A stretch of 64,000 bases of DNA from Gemmatimonadota bacterium (GTDB lineage: Bacteria > Gemmatimonadota > Gemmatimonadetes > Gemmatimonadales > GWC2-71-9), in NCBI GenBank assembly GCA_022710485.1, contig JAKLGU010000002.1:2682-66681 (forward strand), given 5' to 3'. The position numbers and the translations under genes are program-made. Shown here piece by piece: positions 27,434 through 36,366 of the stretch (positions within the stretch are counted from its first letter, which is position 1; every line of letters starts with the position of its first letter). The notes below the pieces were generated by a model. The model had not been told where the DNA came from and did not search any database. It worked only from the letters and a program-made list of their open reading frames with translations.

Positions 27434-28552
27434 TCAGGGCCCCGTCGTGCCCGACGCCCAGTCCAGGATTCCGGTGAGCAGCGGGACGTACCCGCGCCAG
27501 AAGAACGATTCCTGCGGGGGAAGCCACCAACCCGGCACTACGCGGTGGAGCGATGCCCCCCAGCGGAGGTGTGTCCAGGCGGGGACGCGCGAGAGATTGG
27601 AGAAGTCGCCGGCCAGATAGTAGGTGCGAGCCGCGCCCACCTGGTGGGCGAGCACGGCTGCCGAGCGGGGCGGGAGTCCAGCGGCCTCGAACAGCGAATC
27701 GCCGCGGGGACTGAGGTGCCAGGCGTAGTCGGCAAGGACCTTTGCAGCAGTCGGCTCGACAAGGTCAAACCATCCCAACGGTGACGGCGCCTCGCGCAGC
27801 CCGAGCGAGTCACCGGCCGGGGTCGGGACGATGTCGAGGCCCCACCCCCGGACATCTCGCCCGGTCAGGACCACCAGCCGCCCGTCACGATGGACGAGCA
27901 GGAACCCCTCCCCCTCGAAGGCCCACGGCCGCCCCGACTGGCGCTCCCAGGCGGCCGCGGCCCAGGGGGGAAGGTCGCGTCGGAGGTCACTGGAGCGGCG
28001 TCCGGTCCATCCGGTCCACCGAAAGCCGAAGATCCCCTCAGCGCGGGCGCGCACGGAATCGACAGTCGGTTCGGCCGCCGTGTTGAACTCGCCGATGAGG
28101 GTTGCGCCGGAGCGCACGGCTGCTTCCAGCGCGTCGAGGTCCGAGGCGGTGAGCCCGCCGTAGAGCATCCGTCCTGAGTCGGCCGGGGCGTGCGCTCCGA
28201 GGTCGGACGCGGTGACCCCATACGTGTCGGCGATGTAGACCACCCGGTTCCCGCCGAGCGGCTTCGGGAAGGGTCGCACCGACCACGCCCGGTTGGTGAG
28301 GGGTACGAACCCGACGTAATCCCCGGCAACATCGTACGGGGCGTGGGAGCCGGGATGCACGAACTTGAGGTGATTGAGGAGCCACACGACGGCGCGATGC
28401 CCGCGATAGGTGGTATCGGGCACAGTCTTGTCCAGGATGACCACGCCGAGCGGTCGGGGAACGGCCAGCCGCCAGGCGACCCCGGGGGCCAGCGCAGCCA
28501 CCAAGAGGAGCACGCAGAGAATCAGGAGTGCGATCGCCGAGCCGCGCTTCAC
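27434..28552 (-). CDS. Hypothetical N-terminally membrane-anchored protein (372 aa)
   Basis: GTG 28552 overlaps the HDAC gene stop as GTGA. One N-terminal TM helix (AIALLILCVLLLVAALAPGVAW) is followed by a ~340-aa soluble domain with no recognised motif. Confidence 0.65.
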   Translation of the reverse strand: MKRGSAIALLILCVLLLVAALAPGVAWRLAVPRPLGVVILDKTVPDTTYRGHRAVVWLLNHLKFVHPGSHAPYDVAGDYVGFVPLTNRAWSVRPFPKPLGGNRVVYIADTYGVTASDLGAHAPADSGRMLYGGLTASDLDALEAAVRSGATLIGEFNTAAEPTVDSVRARAEGIFGFRWTGWTGRRSSDLRRDLPPWAAAAWERQSGRPWAFEGEGFLLVHRDGRLVVLTGRDVRGWGLDIVPTPAGDSLGLREAPSPLGWFDLVEPTAAKVLADYAWHLSPRGDSLFEAAGLPPRSAAVLAHQVGAARTYYLAGDFSNLSRVPAWTHLRWGASLHRVVPGWWLPPQESFFWRGYVPLLTGILDWASGTTGP

Positions 28553-30456
28553 GGGACTGGGTCGGCTGCACGGCCCGAAGACGAAGCACGATCCATCTCG
28601 CCGGGATGCCGAAGCCGGTACGAGAGCCTGGCAAGTTCCGCCTCGAGGGCCGCCTCGTACTCCGCGCCTTCCACCCGGTCGCGCAGCCGAGGCGACACAG
28701 GAATCACCATCGGCGAGGGCTCCCACGGTACGACCGCTCCGGTGCCGGCGTTGACGACCCGTCCCTCCTCCACGGCCCGGGTGGCCTCGACCAGCCGCAG
28801 GCTGGAGAGCGCCCTCCGCATCGCCTCGAGCCGCGCCTGGCGGAGGGGATCGAGGAAGCGGCTACCAAAGGTGGCCACGAAGTACCCCGCGGGCCTAAAC
28901 ATCAGTCCGTCGAGGCCGAGCTCGCCGCAGAGCACCACCAGCCACGCCATCACGTCCCGGAGCAAGCCGAGCCCGGGGTGCTTCTGCCCCGGGATGGAGT
29001 GCTTGCCGGACGAAAACTCCCGCCGCGGGTTCTGGAGCAGGACCCATTCGAGGAAGAGGACCTCCAGCCCGGGAAGGCTGGTCGAGTCGCGGCGGAACCG
29101 GATCTCCATGAGGAGTTCGGTGCGCGCCCCGTCGCCGAAGAGGCGCACGGTGTCGGAATCCTCGAGGTGGAAGTCGAGCTCGAGGGCCGGCTGCGCGAAG
29201 CCGAGGGCCCGCACCTGCGAGAGCACGCCGAGCCGCTCGAGCAGGAGTTCGACGCCCTGCGGCGTGTACCGGCCGAGCAGCCGGCGCGGCGGCGTGGCGC
29301 CACCGGGGTGAAAGGCGGCCACGTCCTCCGCGGTGAGGGCCCAATCCGCCGCGGGGGGAAGCCGCCGCGCACCGTCGCGCAGAAGCTGATTCAGTTCCCT
29401 GGCCCGCCGGATGAGCATGTCGGTGTTGCTAGGTGGCTCCACGATGCGGCCCGCCGCGACCCATCCAAGGAACCGTGCGGTGTACCGCCAGGCGTTCCCG
29501 CCGTAGCCGCCGCCCAGGACGATCGCCAGCGGAATCTCCGCACCTTCGGGTCGCACCTGCCCGAAGACGAACTGATCCCGGGCCAGCATCCCGTCGGCCG
29601 TGATGTTCCAGTCGCCGATCATGTCGTCCGACGCAGGGTCGACCCCCGCGACGTAGAGGACCAGCCCAGGGCGCACCTGCTGGACCACCGGGGGCAGCGC
29701 CTCACGGAGCGTCTTGAGGTAGGTCGCGTCGTTGACGGCGGTCCCGAGCGCGATGACGGTCGCGGCGACGGCGTCGCGCGGCGACCAGTCCTGGTTGTGG
29801 ATGGTGAAGGTGTGGACGGTGGGGTCGTCCTCGAAGAGGAGGCGGGTGCCGTTGCCGTCGTGGATGTCGAGGTCCACGACCAGGATCGGCGCCTCGAACC
29901 CGCGGGCGCGAAGGCGTGCGATCGCGATGCCCAGGTCGTTGAAGGCGCAGAACCCCATGCCCCGGTTGGAGGCGGCGTGGTGAAACCCACCCCCGAGATT
30001 GACGGTCACCAGGCCGGTCCGCAGGGCGGCGGCGGTGGCGAGCACCGTGCCCCCCGCCGCCAGTCGCTGGAACTCGACGAGGCCCTGCGCCTCGGCGTCG
30101 GTGAGCTGGGCGCCGACGACCTGTTCCACGACCTCCGTGTGCTGCAGGGACTCGAGGTACTTGTCGGTGTGCACCCGGCGGAGGTTCTTCATCGAGGCGG
30201 CCTGCGGGCGGAGCAACTCCCGGCGGCGGATCAGCCCCTCGTCGGTGAGGAAGGCGAGGACCATCTCCGCGCGGAGCGGGTCCATCGGGATCGAGCCGAC
30301 CTGGACGACGTACCGGGGGTCATACACCAGGAGGAGCCCCGAGGGGCGGAGGCTGCGCCGGATCGCACCCCACACCCATCGGCCCATCCGCCTGCCCACG
30401 GAGATCATGCCCGGCCCGCTCACCCGATATCCCTCCTGGTCGACCTGGAATCCCAT
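28549..30456 (-). CDS. Histone-deacetylase-family (zinc amidohydrolase) domain fused to an unknown ~300-aa C-terminal domain
   Basis: The HDAC catalytic set is intact: GGGFHHA, DLDIHDGNGT and LGGGYGG. The C-terminal half (LEWVLLQNPRREF..GQKHPGLGLLRDV..GLDGLMFRPAGYFVA) is unassigned. Confidence 0.8.
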   Translation of the reverse strand: MGFQVDQEGYRVSGPGMISVGRRMGRWVWGAIRRSLRPSGLLLVYDPRYVVQVGSIPMDPLRAEMVLAFLTDEGLIRRRELLRPQAASMKNLRRVHTDKYLESLQHTEVVEQVVGAQLTDAEAQGLVEFQRLAAGGTVLATAAALRTGLVTVNLGGGFHHAASNRGMGFCAFNDLGIAIARLRARGFEAPILVVDLDIHDGNGTRLLFEDDPTVHTFTIHNQDWSPRDAVAATVIALGTAVNDATYLKTLREALPPVVQQVRPGLVLYVAGVDPASDDMIGDWNITADGMLARDQFVFGQVRPEGAEIPLAIVLGGGYGGNAWRYTARFLGWVAAGRIVEPPSNTDMLIRRARELNQLLRDGARRLPPAADWALTAEDVAAFHPGGATPPRRLLGRYTPQGVELLLERLGVLSQVRALGFAQPALELDFHLEDSDTVRLFGDGARTELLMEIRFRRDSTSLPGLEVLFLEWVLLQNPRREFSSGKHSIPGQKHPGLGLLRDVMAWLVVLCGELGLDGLMFRPAGYFVATFGSRFLDPLRQARLEAMRRALSSLRLVEATRAVEEGRVVNAGTGAVVPWEPSPMVIPVSPRLRDRVEGAEYEAALEAELARLSYRLRHPGEMDRASSSGRAADPVP

Positions 30457-30509
30457 CGCCCGCCCGGCTTCTGCGCCGCCGACTCGCCGGGCACGACCGG
30501 AGTATACTA

Positions 30510-31250
30510 TTGAGACCGCCCATGACCTCAGCCCCTCCCCCCGGCCTGCCAGAGCGACGGCGCCCCTCCCTCACGGCGCGCTGGAGCAACCTCATCCTCC
30601 TCACGCACGAGGTGGACCCCTCCCTGATCGCGCCGTGGCTCCCCGACGACGTCGAGCCTGACCTGGTGGACGGCAGGGCGCAGGTGTCGCTGATCGCGTT
30701 CGACTTCGTGGATACCCGGGTGCGGGGGCGGCGGATTCCGGGCTTCGTGGACTTTCCGGAAATCAACTTCCGCACCTACGTGCGACAGGGAGACCGAAGA
30801 GGAGTCGTCGCGATCCGCGAACTGGTGCCCAGCCCCCTCGCGGCCGCCATCGGACGGCTCCGCTTCAATGAGCCCTTCCGGGCGACGCCAATCGAGAGCC
30901 GGACGGCCAGCATGGGCGACGAGTTGCTGGTGGAACACCGGTGGCGGTGGAAGGAACGGCACTACTTCCTGCGGATGACCGCCGACCAGAGCTCGGCCAC
31001 GGCGACCGAGGGACCGGCCCGCGACCTCTTCGGGCGGCGCTGGGCGTATGGCCGCAGCCGGCGCGGCGAGCCGATCGTGCTGCGCGTCGAGCACCCGGAC
31101 TGGGCGCTCCGGCGGGTCCGGACCCTCGACTTCGAGGTGGACTACGGTGCGCTGTACGGCCCCGAATGGGCCGTGCTCAACGACCGGCAACCGAGCTCCG
31201 CGTACCTCGCCGTCGGCTCGGCGGTCTCGATCTTCCCTCCCGGACGGTAG
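30510..31250 (+). CDS. Conserved hypothetical protein, DUF2071-like
   Basis: WSNLILLTHEVDPSLIAPWLP..VSLIAFDFVDTRV..FPEINFRTYV resembles DUF2071 (COG3361). The start is TTG 30510 or ATG 30522. Confidence 0.55.
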   Translation: MRPPMTSAPPPGLPERRRPSLTARWSNLILLTHEVDPSLIAPWLPDDVEPDLVDGRAQVSLIAFDFVDTRVRGRRIPGFVDFPEINFRTYVRQGDRRGVVAIRELVPSPLAAAIGRLRFNEPFRATPIESRTASMGDELLVEHRWRWKERHYFLRMTADQSSATATEGPARDLFGRRWAYGRSRRGEPIVLRVEHPDWALRRVRTLDFEVDYGALYGPEWAVLNDRQPSSAYLAVGSAVSIFPPGR

Positions 31251-31262
31251 GCGAGAGCCCCC

Positions 31263-32267
31263 TCAGGGCCGGCGCGGCCCCTCCCCCGCGCCGGTGCGCT
31301 CGATCAGGACGGCGATTTCATCGAGGTCCGCCGGCGACAATCGCACTTCGGCCGCGCCGATCCACCCGTCCACCTGCGCCGCCGACCTCGCGCCGACGAT
31401 GGCGCCCGTGACCGCAGGCCACGCCAGCACCCAGGCGATGGCGATCTCCCCGATCGAGCATCCGTGTCGCCTGGCGACGGGGGCGAGCCCGTCGCGGAGC
31501 GCGAGATTGGGGGCGAAGCGGGGCGGCGTGAACTCCGAGCCGCGGTGGCGGTAGTCATCGGGCGGAAGCGCGGCGAGGCGCGCTGCCGAGAAACCTTCAG
31601 TCAGGAGGCCCGACTGCATCGGGCTGTATGCGATCACCCCGACGCGGTGGGCACCGCACCAGGGAAGTTCCGCCCCGGCCACCTTCCGGCGGATCAGTGA
31701 GAAGGGGGGCTGGAGCGACTGCAGCCCTCCCCGCGCCGCGCACCGGCCGAGCAGGCCGACGTCGAAGTTGCAGACCCCACCCCAGCGCACCTTTCCCTCC
31801 TCCACCAGCCGGAGCATCGTGTCCCACGAGTCCTCCACCGCGGTCCCGGTCTCGTCGGGCCAGTGGAACTGGTACAGGTCTATGCGCTCCACGCCGAGGC
31901 GCGTGAGCGAGGCCTCGCACTCCCGACGGATCGAGGCGGGTTGCAGGACGCGCCGCGGCTCGGCAGTCCGGTCCTTCTCGTCCCACACCAGCCCGCACTT
32001 GGTGAAGATGAAGGGCCGCTCCGCCGCGGGCAGTGCCGCGACGGCCTTGCCGACGATCGCCTCCGAATGCCCCAGCCCGTACACGGCCGCGGTATCGAGC
32101 CAGTTGATCCCCAGCGCGACGGCCCGGTGTATGGCCTCGACCGAGGCGGCGTCGTCCTGCGGGCCCCAGCCGAAGGCCCACGGACCGCCGATCGCCCAGG
32201 TCCCGAGGCCCAGGCGGGTGATGTCGAGATCAGTCCCGCCGAGTCGGCGGCGCGGCAACTGGCGCAT
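31263..32267 (-). CDS. Aldo/keto reductase
   Basis: LGLGTWAIGG, INWLDTAAVYGLGHSE and DLYQFHWPD are AKR motifs. Confidence 0.9.
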   Translation of the reverse strand: MRQLPRRRLGGTDLDITRLGLGTWAIGGPWAFGWGPQDDAASVEAIHRAVALGINWLDTAAVYGLGHSEAIVGKAVAALPAAERPFIFTKCGLVWDEKDRTAEPRRVLQPASIRRECEASLTRLGVERIDLYQFHWPDETGTAVEDSWDTMLRLVEEGKVRWGGVCNFDVGLLGRCAARGGLQSLQPPFSLIRRKVAGAELPWCGAHRVGVIAYSPMQSGLLTEGFSAARLAALPPDDYRHRGSEFTPPRFAPNLALRDGLAPVARRHGCSIGEIAIAWVLAWPAVTGAIVGARSAAQVDGWIGAAEVRLSPADLDEIAVLIERTGAGEGPRRP

Positions 32268-32830
32268 CAGTAGATCACTCCCCCCGCGGCCCGGTACTCG
32301 GTGAACAGGGTCCGCGCCTGGTCGCGCAGCACTTGGCGGACCACGGCGACGCCTCTCTGCTCGAGATAGGCGTACGACTCGGGAAAGACGGGCCCTTCGT
32401 CGTAGCCGATGGCCTCCGCATCAGCCTTCGTCGCGCCGGTAACCAGGCGCGCGACGCCGCTCCACAGGGTGGCCCCGAGGCACATCGCGCAGGGCTCGCA
32501 CGATGACACCAGCTCATGCGCCGGCATCCCCTCGACGCCGAGCGAGTGACTGTGCAGCCTGGCACCGGCCATCATCAGCGCCACGGCCTCCGCGTGGAGC
32601 ACGCAGTTGTGGGCGGGGACCGCCATGTTCACACCCACCGCCACGAGGACGCCGCTGTCGCGCTCGAAGACCGCCGCCGTGAAGGGTCCGCCGGTGGCCC
32701 GCCGCACCTGCTCGTGTCCCAGTTCGACGACGAGCGCCATGCGGTCCTCAAGACGTGGATAGTGCCGCTGCCAGTCGACGAAGCCGTCGACCCACGGGGG
32801 GAGCTCGACTTGGAGCCGGGGAGATGGCAT
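32267..32830 (-). CDS. CMP/dCMP-type zinc deaminase (guanine/nucleoside deaminase-like)
   Basis: HAEAVAL and PCAMCLGA zinc motifs, with a C-terminal GGVIY. ATG 32830 is preceded by AGGAGAGG and is preferred over GTG 32875. Confidence 0.8.
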   Translation of the reverse strand: MPSPRLQVELPPWVDGFVDWQRHYPRLEDRMALVVELGHEQVRRATGGPFTAAVFERDSGVLVAVGVNMAVPAHNCVLHAEAVALMMAGARLHSHSLGVEGMPAHELVSSCEPCAMCLGATLWSGVARLVTGATKADAEAIGYDEGPVFPESYAYLEQRGVAVVRQVLRDQARTLFTEYRAAGGVIY

Positions 32831-32914
32831 GACGCCGTCCTCTCCTGAGGGACCGGGCGGCGGAAGCGCCGCCACCCGAAGGGTGCACCGGATCCGCCGC
32901 CGCGCAAGCGGCGG

Positions 32915-33832
32915 TCAGGCCCGCTGTCGCATGCGCGTCGTGCTGATGAGCGCGACGGCGACGAGAATGACCGCCGCGGCGAGCAGGGTCCGGACGCTGA
33001 GCGACTCGCCCGCCAGCGCCCAGCCGAGGATGACGGCCACCAGCGGGTTGACGTAGGAGATGGTGGCGAGCCGGTCGGGGGTGGTGTGGCGGATCAGCCA
33101 GAAGTAGGCCGAGTAGGATACGAGCGACCCGAAGAAGGCAAGATAGAGATAGGCCGCGGCCGAGGCCGCCGAGAGGTGTTCCCAGGCGAAGGCGCGCGCC
33201 TCACCGGTGAGCGTCGAGGTCGTAAGGAGGACGACGCCGGCGGCGATCATCTGCTGCGCCACGAAGCGCGTCGGATGCGCGGGGCGTGAGAGCTTGATGG
33301 CGTAGATCGACCCGACCGACCAGCTGAGGGCGGCGCCGGTCAGGACGAGGGCGCCGATCGGGTCGACGTGCTGGCTTCCGCCGAAATTCCCCGGCACCAC
33401 CAGCAGCGCCACACCACCGAAGCCTGCCACGATCCCGGCGACCGTGCGAGCGCCCGGGCGCGCCGCGCCCAGCCAGAGCCAGTTGAGGAGCACCAGCCAG
33501 AGCGCGGAGGTGCACACGATCAGCGCCGTGAGCCCGCTCGGCACCAGCTGCTCGGCCCAGGTCGTGGCGCCGTTCGCGGTGACGAGCATGAGTACGCCGA
33601 GGCCGGTGGCCCGGATCCAGTCTTGCCGGGTCGGGGCCGGCGCCGCCTGCCGGAGCCGGCTCCAGGCGTAGAGCACGAGACCGGCGAGCAGGTGACGCGA
33701 GCCGGCCATGAGAAAAGGGGGGATGGACTCGATCGCGACGCGGATGCCGAGGTAGGTCGAGCCCCAGATCAGGTAGACAGCCGCCCACGCCAGGATCAGG
33801 TGGAGGGTCGGCGGGCGTTCCGGTTCGGTCAA
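32915..33832 (-). CDS. EamA/DMT-family transporter
   Basis: Ten hydrophobic segments in two EamA repeats (AAVYLIWGSTYLGIRVAIESIPPF). TTG 33832 overlaps the upstream stop as TTGA. The ORF-track N-terminal 266 aa were rejected. Confidence 0.8.
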   Translation of the reverse strand: MTEPERPPTLHLILAWAAVYLIWGSTYLGIRVAIESIPPFLMAGSRHLLAGLVLYAWSRLRQAAPAPTRQDWIRATGLGVLMLVTANGATTWAEQLVPSGLTALIVCTSALWLVLLNWLWLGAARPGARTVAGIVAGFGGVALLVVPGNFGGSQHVDPIGALVLTGAALSWSVGSIYAIKLSRPAHPTRFVAQQMIAAGVVLLTTSTLTGEARAFAWEHLSAASAAAYLYLAFFGSLVSYSAYFWLIRHTTPDRLATISYVNPLVAVILGWALAGESLSVRTLLAAAVILVAVALISTTRMRQRA

Positions 33833-34875
33833 GCGGAGCGGGACTGCACAGGGTTGTCCTCGCCACCCAGGTCGACATACTCGTCGTTGTACATCCGGAC
33901 CAGTTCGAAGAAGTAGGACAGCGCGAGCGGGCCGATCAGGAGTCCGAGGAGCCCGAGGTACCGCACCCCTGCGAACGCACCGAGCACGGTGATGAGCGGG
34001 TGGGTCTGAGCCCAGCGGCGGAAGACGATCGGACGGATCACGTTGTCGATGTTGCCGACCACGAGCGCGCCGAACGCCGCCATGCCGATCGCGGAGGTGG
34101 TGGAGCCCTGCAGGTACAGCACCAGGGCCGCGGGAATCCAGATGAGGCCGCTCCCCACCACCGGGAGGATGGCGAAGACCATGGTCACCACGCCCCAGAA
34201 GACGGCGTTCGGCAGCCCCGTGAACACGAACGCGCCGCCGACCATCAGCCCCTGGATGGTGGCCGTGAGGCCGGTGCCGATGACCGTCGAGATGGTGACC
34301 GCCCGGAAGCGCTCCCGAAGCCGCTCGGCGCTGGCAGCGCTGAAGGGGATGTAGGGCCTGATGGCGAGCCAGGCGCTCCCCTCGGTCACGAGCATGAAGT
34401 AGAGCACGAAGAAGGCGATGGCCAGGTTGAAGCCGATCAGGGTGACGGTTCCGACCGCGGCGAATGCGCCGCGCCCGATACCGCCGACGACCGTCTGGCC
34501 GAACTTGACGAGTTCCGGCCCGACCGCGTACCCGGCGATCGTGAGCGTCTGCAACCTGGTGAGGAGGGGATTCTGCACCAGGTTGGCGATCACGTTTTGC
34601 GCCTGGCCCACGATGAGCGCGAGCAGCCATGACCCTGGCACGAGGATCAGGAGGATGCCCGCGGTGACCGTGAGGCCGGCGGCCACCGACGGACGAAGCT
34701 TCCGCGCCAGGCGCGCGTAGATCGGCCCGAACACCACGTAGAGGACCGGCGCGGCCAGGAGTCCCGAGGCGAAGGGGGCCAGCGACATCAACAGGCCGAG
34801 CCCGAGAAGGAGGATCAGGACGGCGGCACGCCCCTGGCGGGTGTTCACGTTGATCATGTCTGCGCTCCCGGACAT
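33829..34875 (-). CDS. AI-2E (PerM/UPF0118) family transporter
   Basis: Polytopic protein with the characteristic C-terminal ILPVVGSGLIWIPAALVLY..GNIDNVIRPIVF. The start is ATG 34875 or 34857. The rest of ORF 33829..36225 is a shadow of the OmpA gene. Confidence 0.8.
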   Translation of the reverse strand: MSGSADMINVNTRQGRAAVLILLLGLGLLMSLAPFASGLLAAPVLYVVFGPIYARLARKLRPSVAAGLTVTAGILLILVPGSWLLALIVGQAQNVIANLVQNPLLTRLQTLTIAGYAVGPELVKFGQTVVGGIGRGAFAAVGTVTLIGFNLAIAFFVLYFMLVTEGSAWLAIRPYIPFSAASAERLRERFRAVTISTVIGTGLTATIQGLMVGGAFVFTGLPNAVFWGVVTMVFAILPVVGSGLIWIPAALVLYLQGSTTSAIGMAAFGALVVGNIDNVIRPIVFRRWAQTHPLITVLGAFAGVRYLGLLGLLIGPLALSYFFELVRMYNDEYVDLGGEDNPVQSRSA

Positions 34876-34947
34876 TGGCGACTGAAGGCGGTAATCTAGC
34901 GGGCCATCGCGTAGACCGCCCGGCCGGTGGGTCGGTATCTTTCCCGA

Positions 34948-36237
34948 ATGACCCAGGCCGCGGTGCGCCCGCTTCTCACCATCCTCCTGCTGGGGACGAT
35001 CGCCGTCGCACCACTCGCCGCTCAGCGCGGCGGGACGGTCGAGATCGTGCCGGTCGGGCGCTACGCCTTCTATCCCGACTCGCTCCAGCTCGAGAATGGA
35101 TTCGGGGTCGGGGGCGAGCTCGGGCTCTTCGTGACCCGGAAGCTCAGCCTCGAGGCGGGTGGGAGCTATGCGCTCACCAGCCTGCCCGATTCGGCCTCGG
35201 TCAGCGTGAGCCGGCTGACCGGCCGCTTCCTGGTCCACCTGCCCTTGCGCGGGCGCTCGACAGCGCTGTTCGGGATTGGATATACGAGCGTTCGTTACGG
35301 GCAGGCACTCGAAGTGGACCAGTCGGGGCCGGGCGGCCTCGTCGGACTGCGCTTCGGGTTCGGCCCCCGCCTGGGTCTCCGCCTGGAGGCGACGGCGGAC
35401 TATGTGGCCCGGACCGGGAGTGGCACCGATCCGGAGTGGGACGTCGGCGCGCAGGTCGGGCTCTCCATATATGCCGGACCGCTCGGCCCGAGGGATAGCG
35501 ATCGCGACGGGGTGCCGAACCGGGAGGACCGGTGCCCGGACACGCCCGCCGGACTGCCGGTCGACCCGACCGGGTGCAACCTCCCCCGCGACTCGGACAA
35601 CGATGGCGTGCTCGACGGCGGTGACCGGTGCCCCGGTACCCCGACCGGGCAGCGGGTGGACATCTCGGGCTGCAACGCCGACCTCGACGGCGACGGCGTG
35701 CCGAACACGCTGGACCGGTGTCCCGGTTCCCCACCCGGAGCGGAAGTCGATCCCTTCGGCTGCCCGCCCCCGCGCCAACCCTCCGACTCCGATGATGATG
35801 GGGTGCCAGACGACCGGGATCGCTGCCCGAGCACCCCCGCCGCCGCTCCGGTGGACGCACTCGGTTGCCCGCAGCCCGTCCAGATGCCGCCGAGTCCTCC
35901 GCGGCTGATCCTTCGCGATGTCACGTTCGCCAACGGGAGTGCGACGCTGACGACGGAGGCGCAGACATCGCTGCGGGGCACCGCGGCCACGCTGCTCACG
36001 GAGCCCGCGGTCCGGCTCGAAGTGGCCGGCTACACCGACTCCACCGGCCCACGCCAGGTGAACGAGCGGCTGTCGCTCCGGCGTGCGGAATCGGTTCGTG
36101 CGTTTCTGGTCTCCGCGGGCATACCGGGCGACCTCCTGACCGCACGTGGCTACGGGCCGGCGGACCCAGTCGCCAGCAACGCCACCTCCGCGGGCCGCGA
36201 ACTCAACAGGCGGGTCGAACTCCACCGCCTCGACTGA
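34948..36237 (+). CDS. OmpA-family outer-membrane protein with thrombospondin type-3 repeats
   Basis: Signal peptide MTQAAVRPLLTILLLGTIAVAPLAAQ, an N-terminal beta-strand region, four DxDxDGVxDxxDxCP repeats, and a C-terminal OmpA domain (VAGYTDSTGPRQVNERLSLRRAESV..NRRVEL). Confidence 0.85.
   Translation: MTQAAVRPLLTILLLGTIAVAPLAAQRGGTVEIVPVGRYAFYPDSLQLENGFGVGGELGLFVTRKLSLEAGGSYALTSLPDSASVSVSRLTGRFLVHLPLRGRSTALFGIGYTSVRYGQALEVDQSGPGGLVGLRFGFGPRLGLRLEATADYVARTGSGTDPEWDVGAQVGLSIYAGPLGPRDSDRDGVPNREDRCPDTPAGLPVDPTGCNLPRDSDNDGVLDGGDRCPGTPTGQRVDISGCNADLDGDGVPNTLDRCPGSPPGAEVDPFGCPPPRQPSDSDDDGVPDDRDRCPSTPAAAPVDALGCPQPVQMPPSPPRLILRDVTFANGSATLTTEAQTSLRGTAATLLTEPAVRLEVAGYTDSTGPRQVNERLSLRRAESVRAFLVSAGIPGDLLTARGYGPADPVASNATSAGRELNRRVELHRLD
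35491..35850 (+). repeat. Four tandem coding repeats (TSP3 calcium-binding motif) inside the OmpA gene
   Basis: DSDRDGVPNREDRCPDTPAG, DSDNDGVLDGGDRCPGTPTG, DLDGDGVPNTLDRCPGSPPG and DSDDDGVPDDRDRCPSTPAA. Confidence 0.75.
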
Positions 36238-36366
36238 ACCGCTTCCCCACCAGGCCTCCTCGACAATTCTTCAACGCCCCTTCGGCATTTCTTCATTGTG
36301 GTCCGGCCATGATTCCCGGCAACCGGGGCGCGATCGTCGGCCCCGCGAACACCTTGGGGAGGATCG

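Noticed and set aside
35491-35850. Possible CRISPR or other nucleotide tandem repeat
   Set aside because: The periodicity is at the protein level (TSP3 motifs) inside a coding gene. There are no spacer-repeat units and no cas genes anywhere in the window.
34876-36225. N-terminal ~450 aa of ORF 33829..36225 (minus strand)
   Set aside because: Only the last 348 codons encode the AI-2E transporter. The upstream part is antisense to the OmpA/TSP3 gene and is low-complexity.
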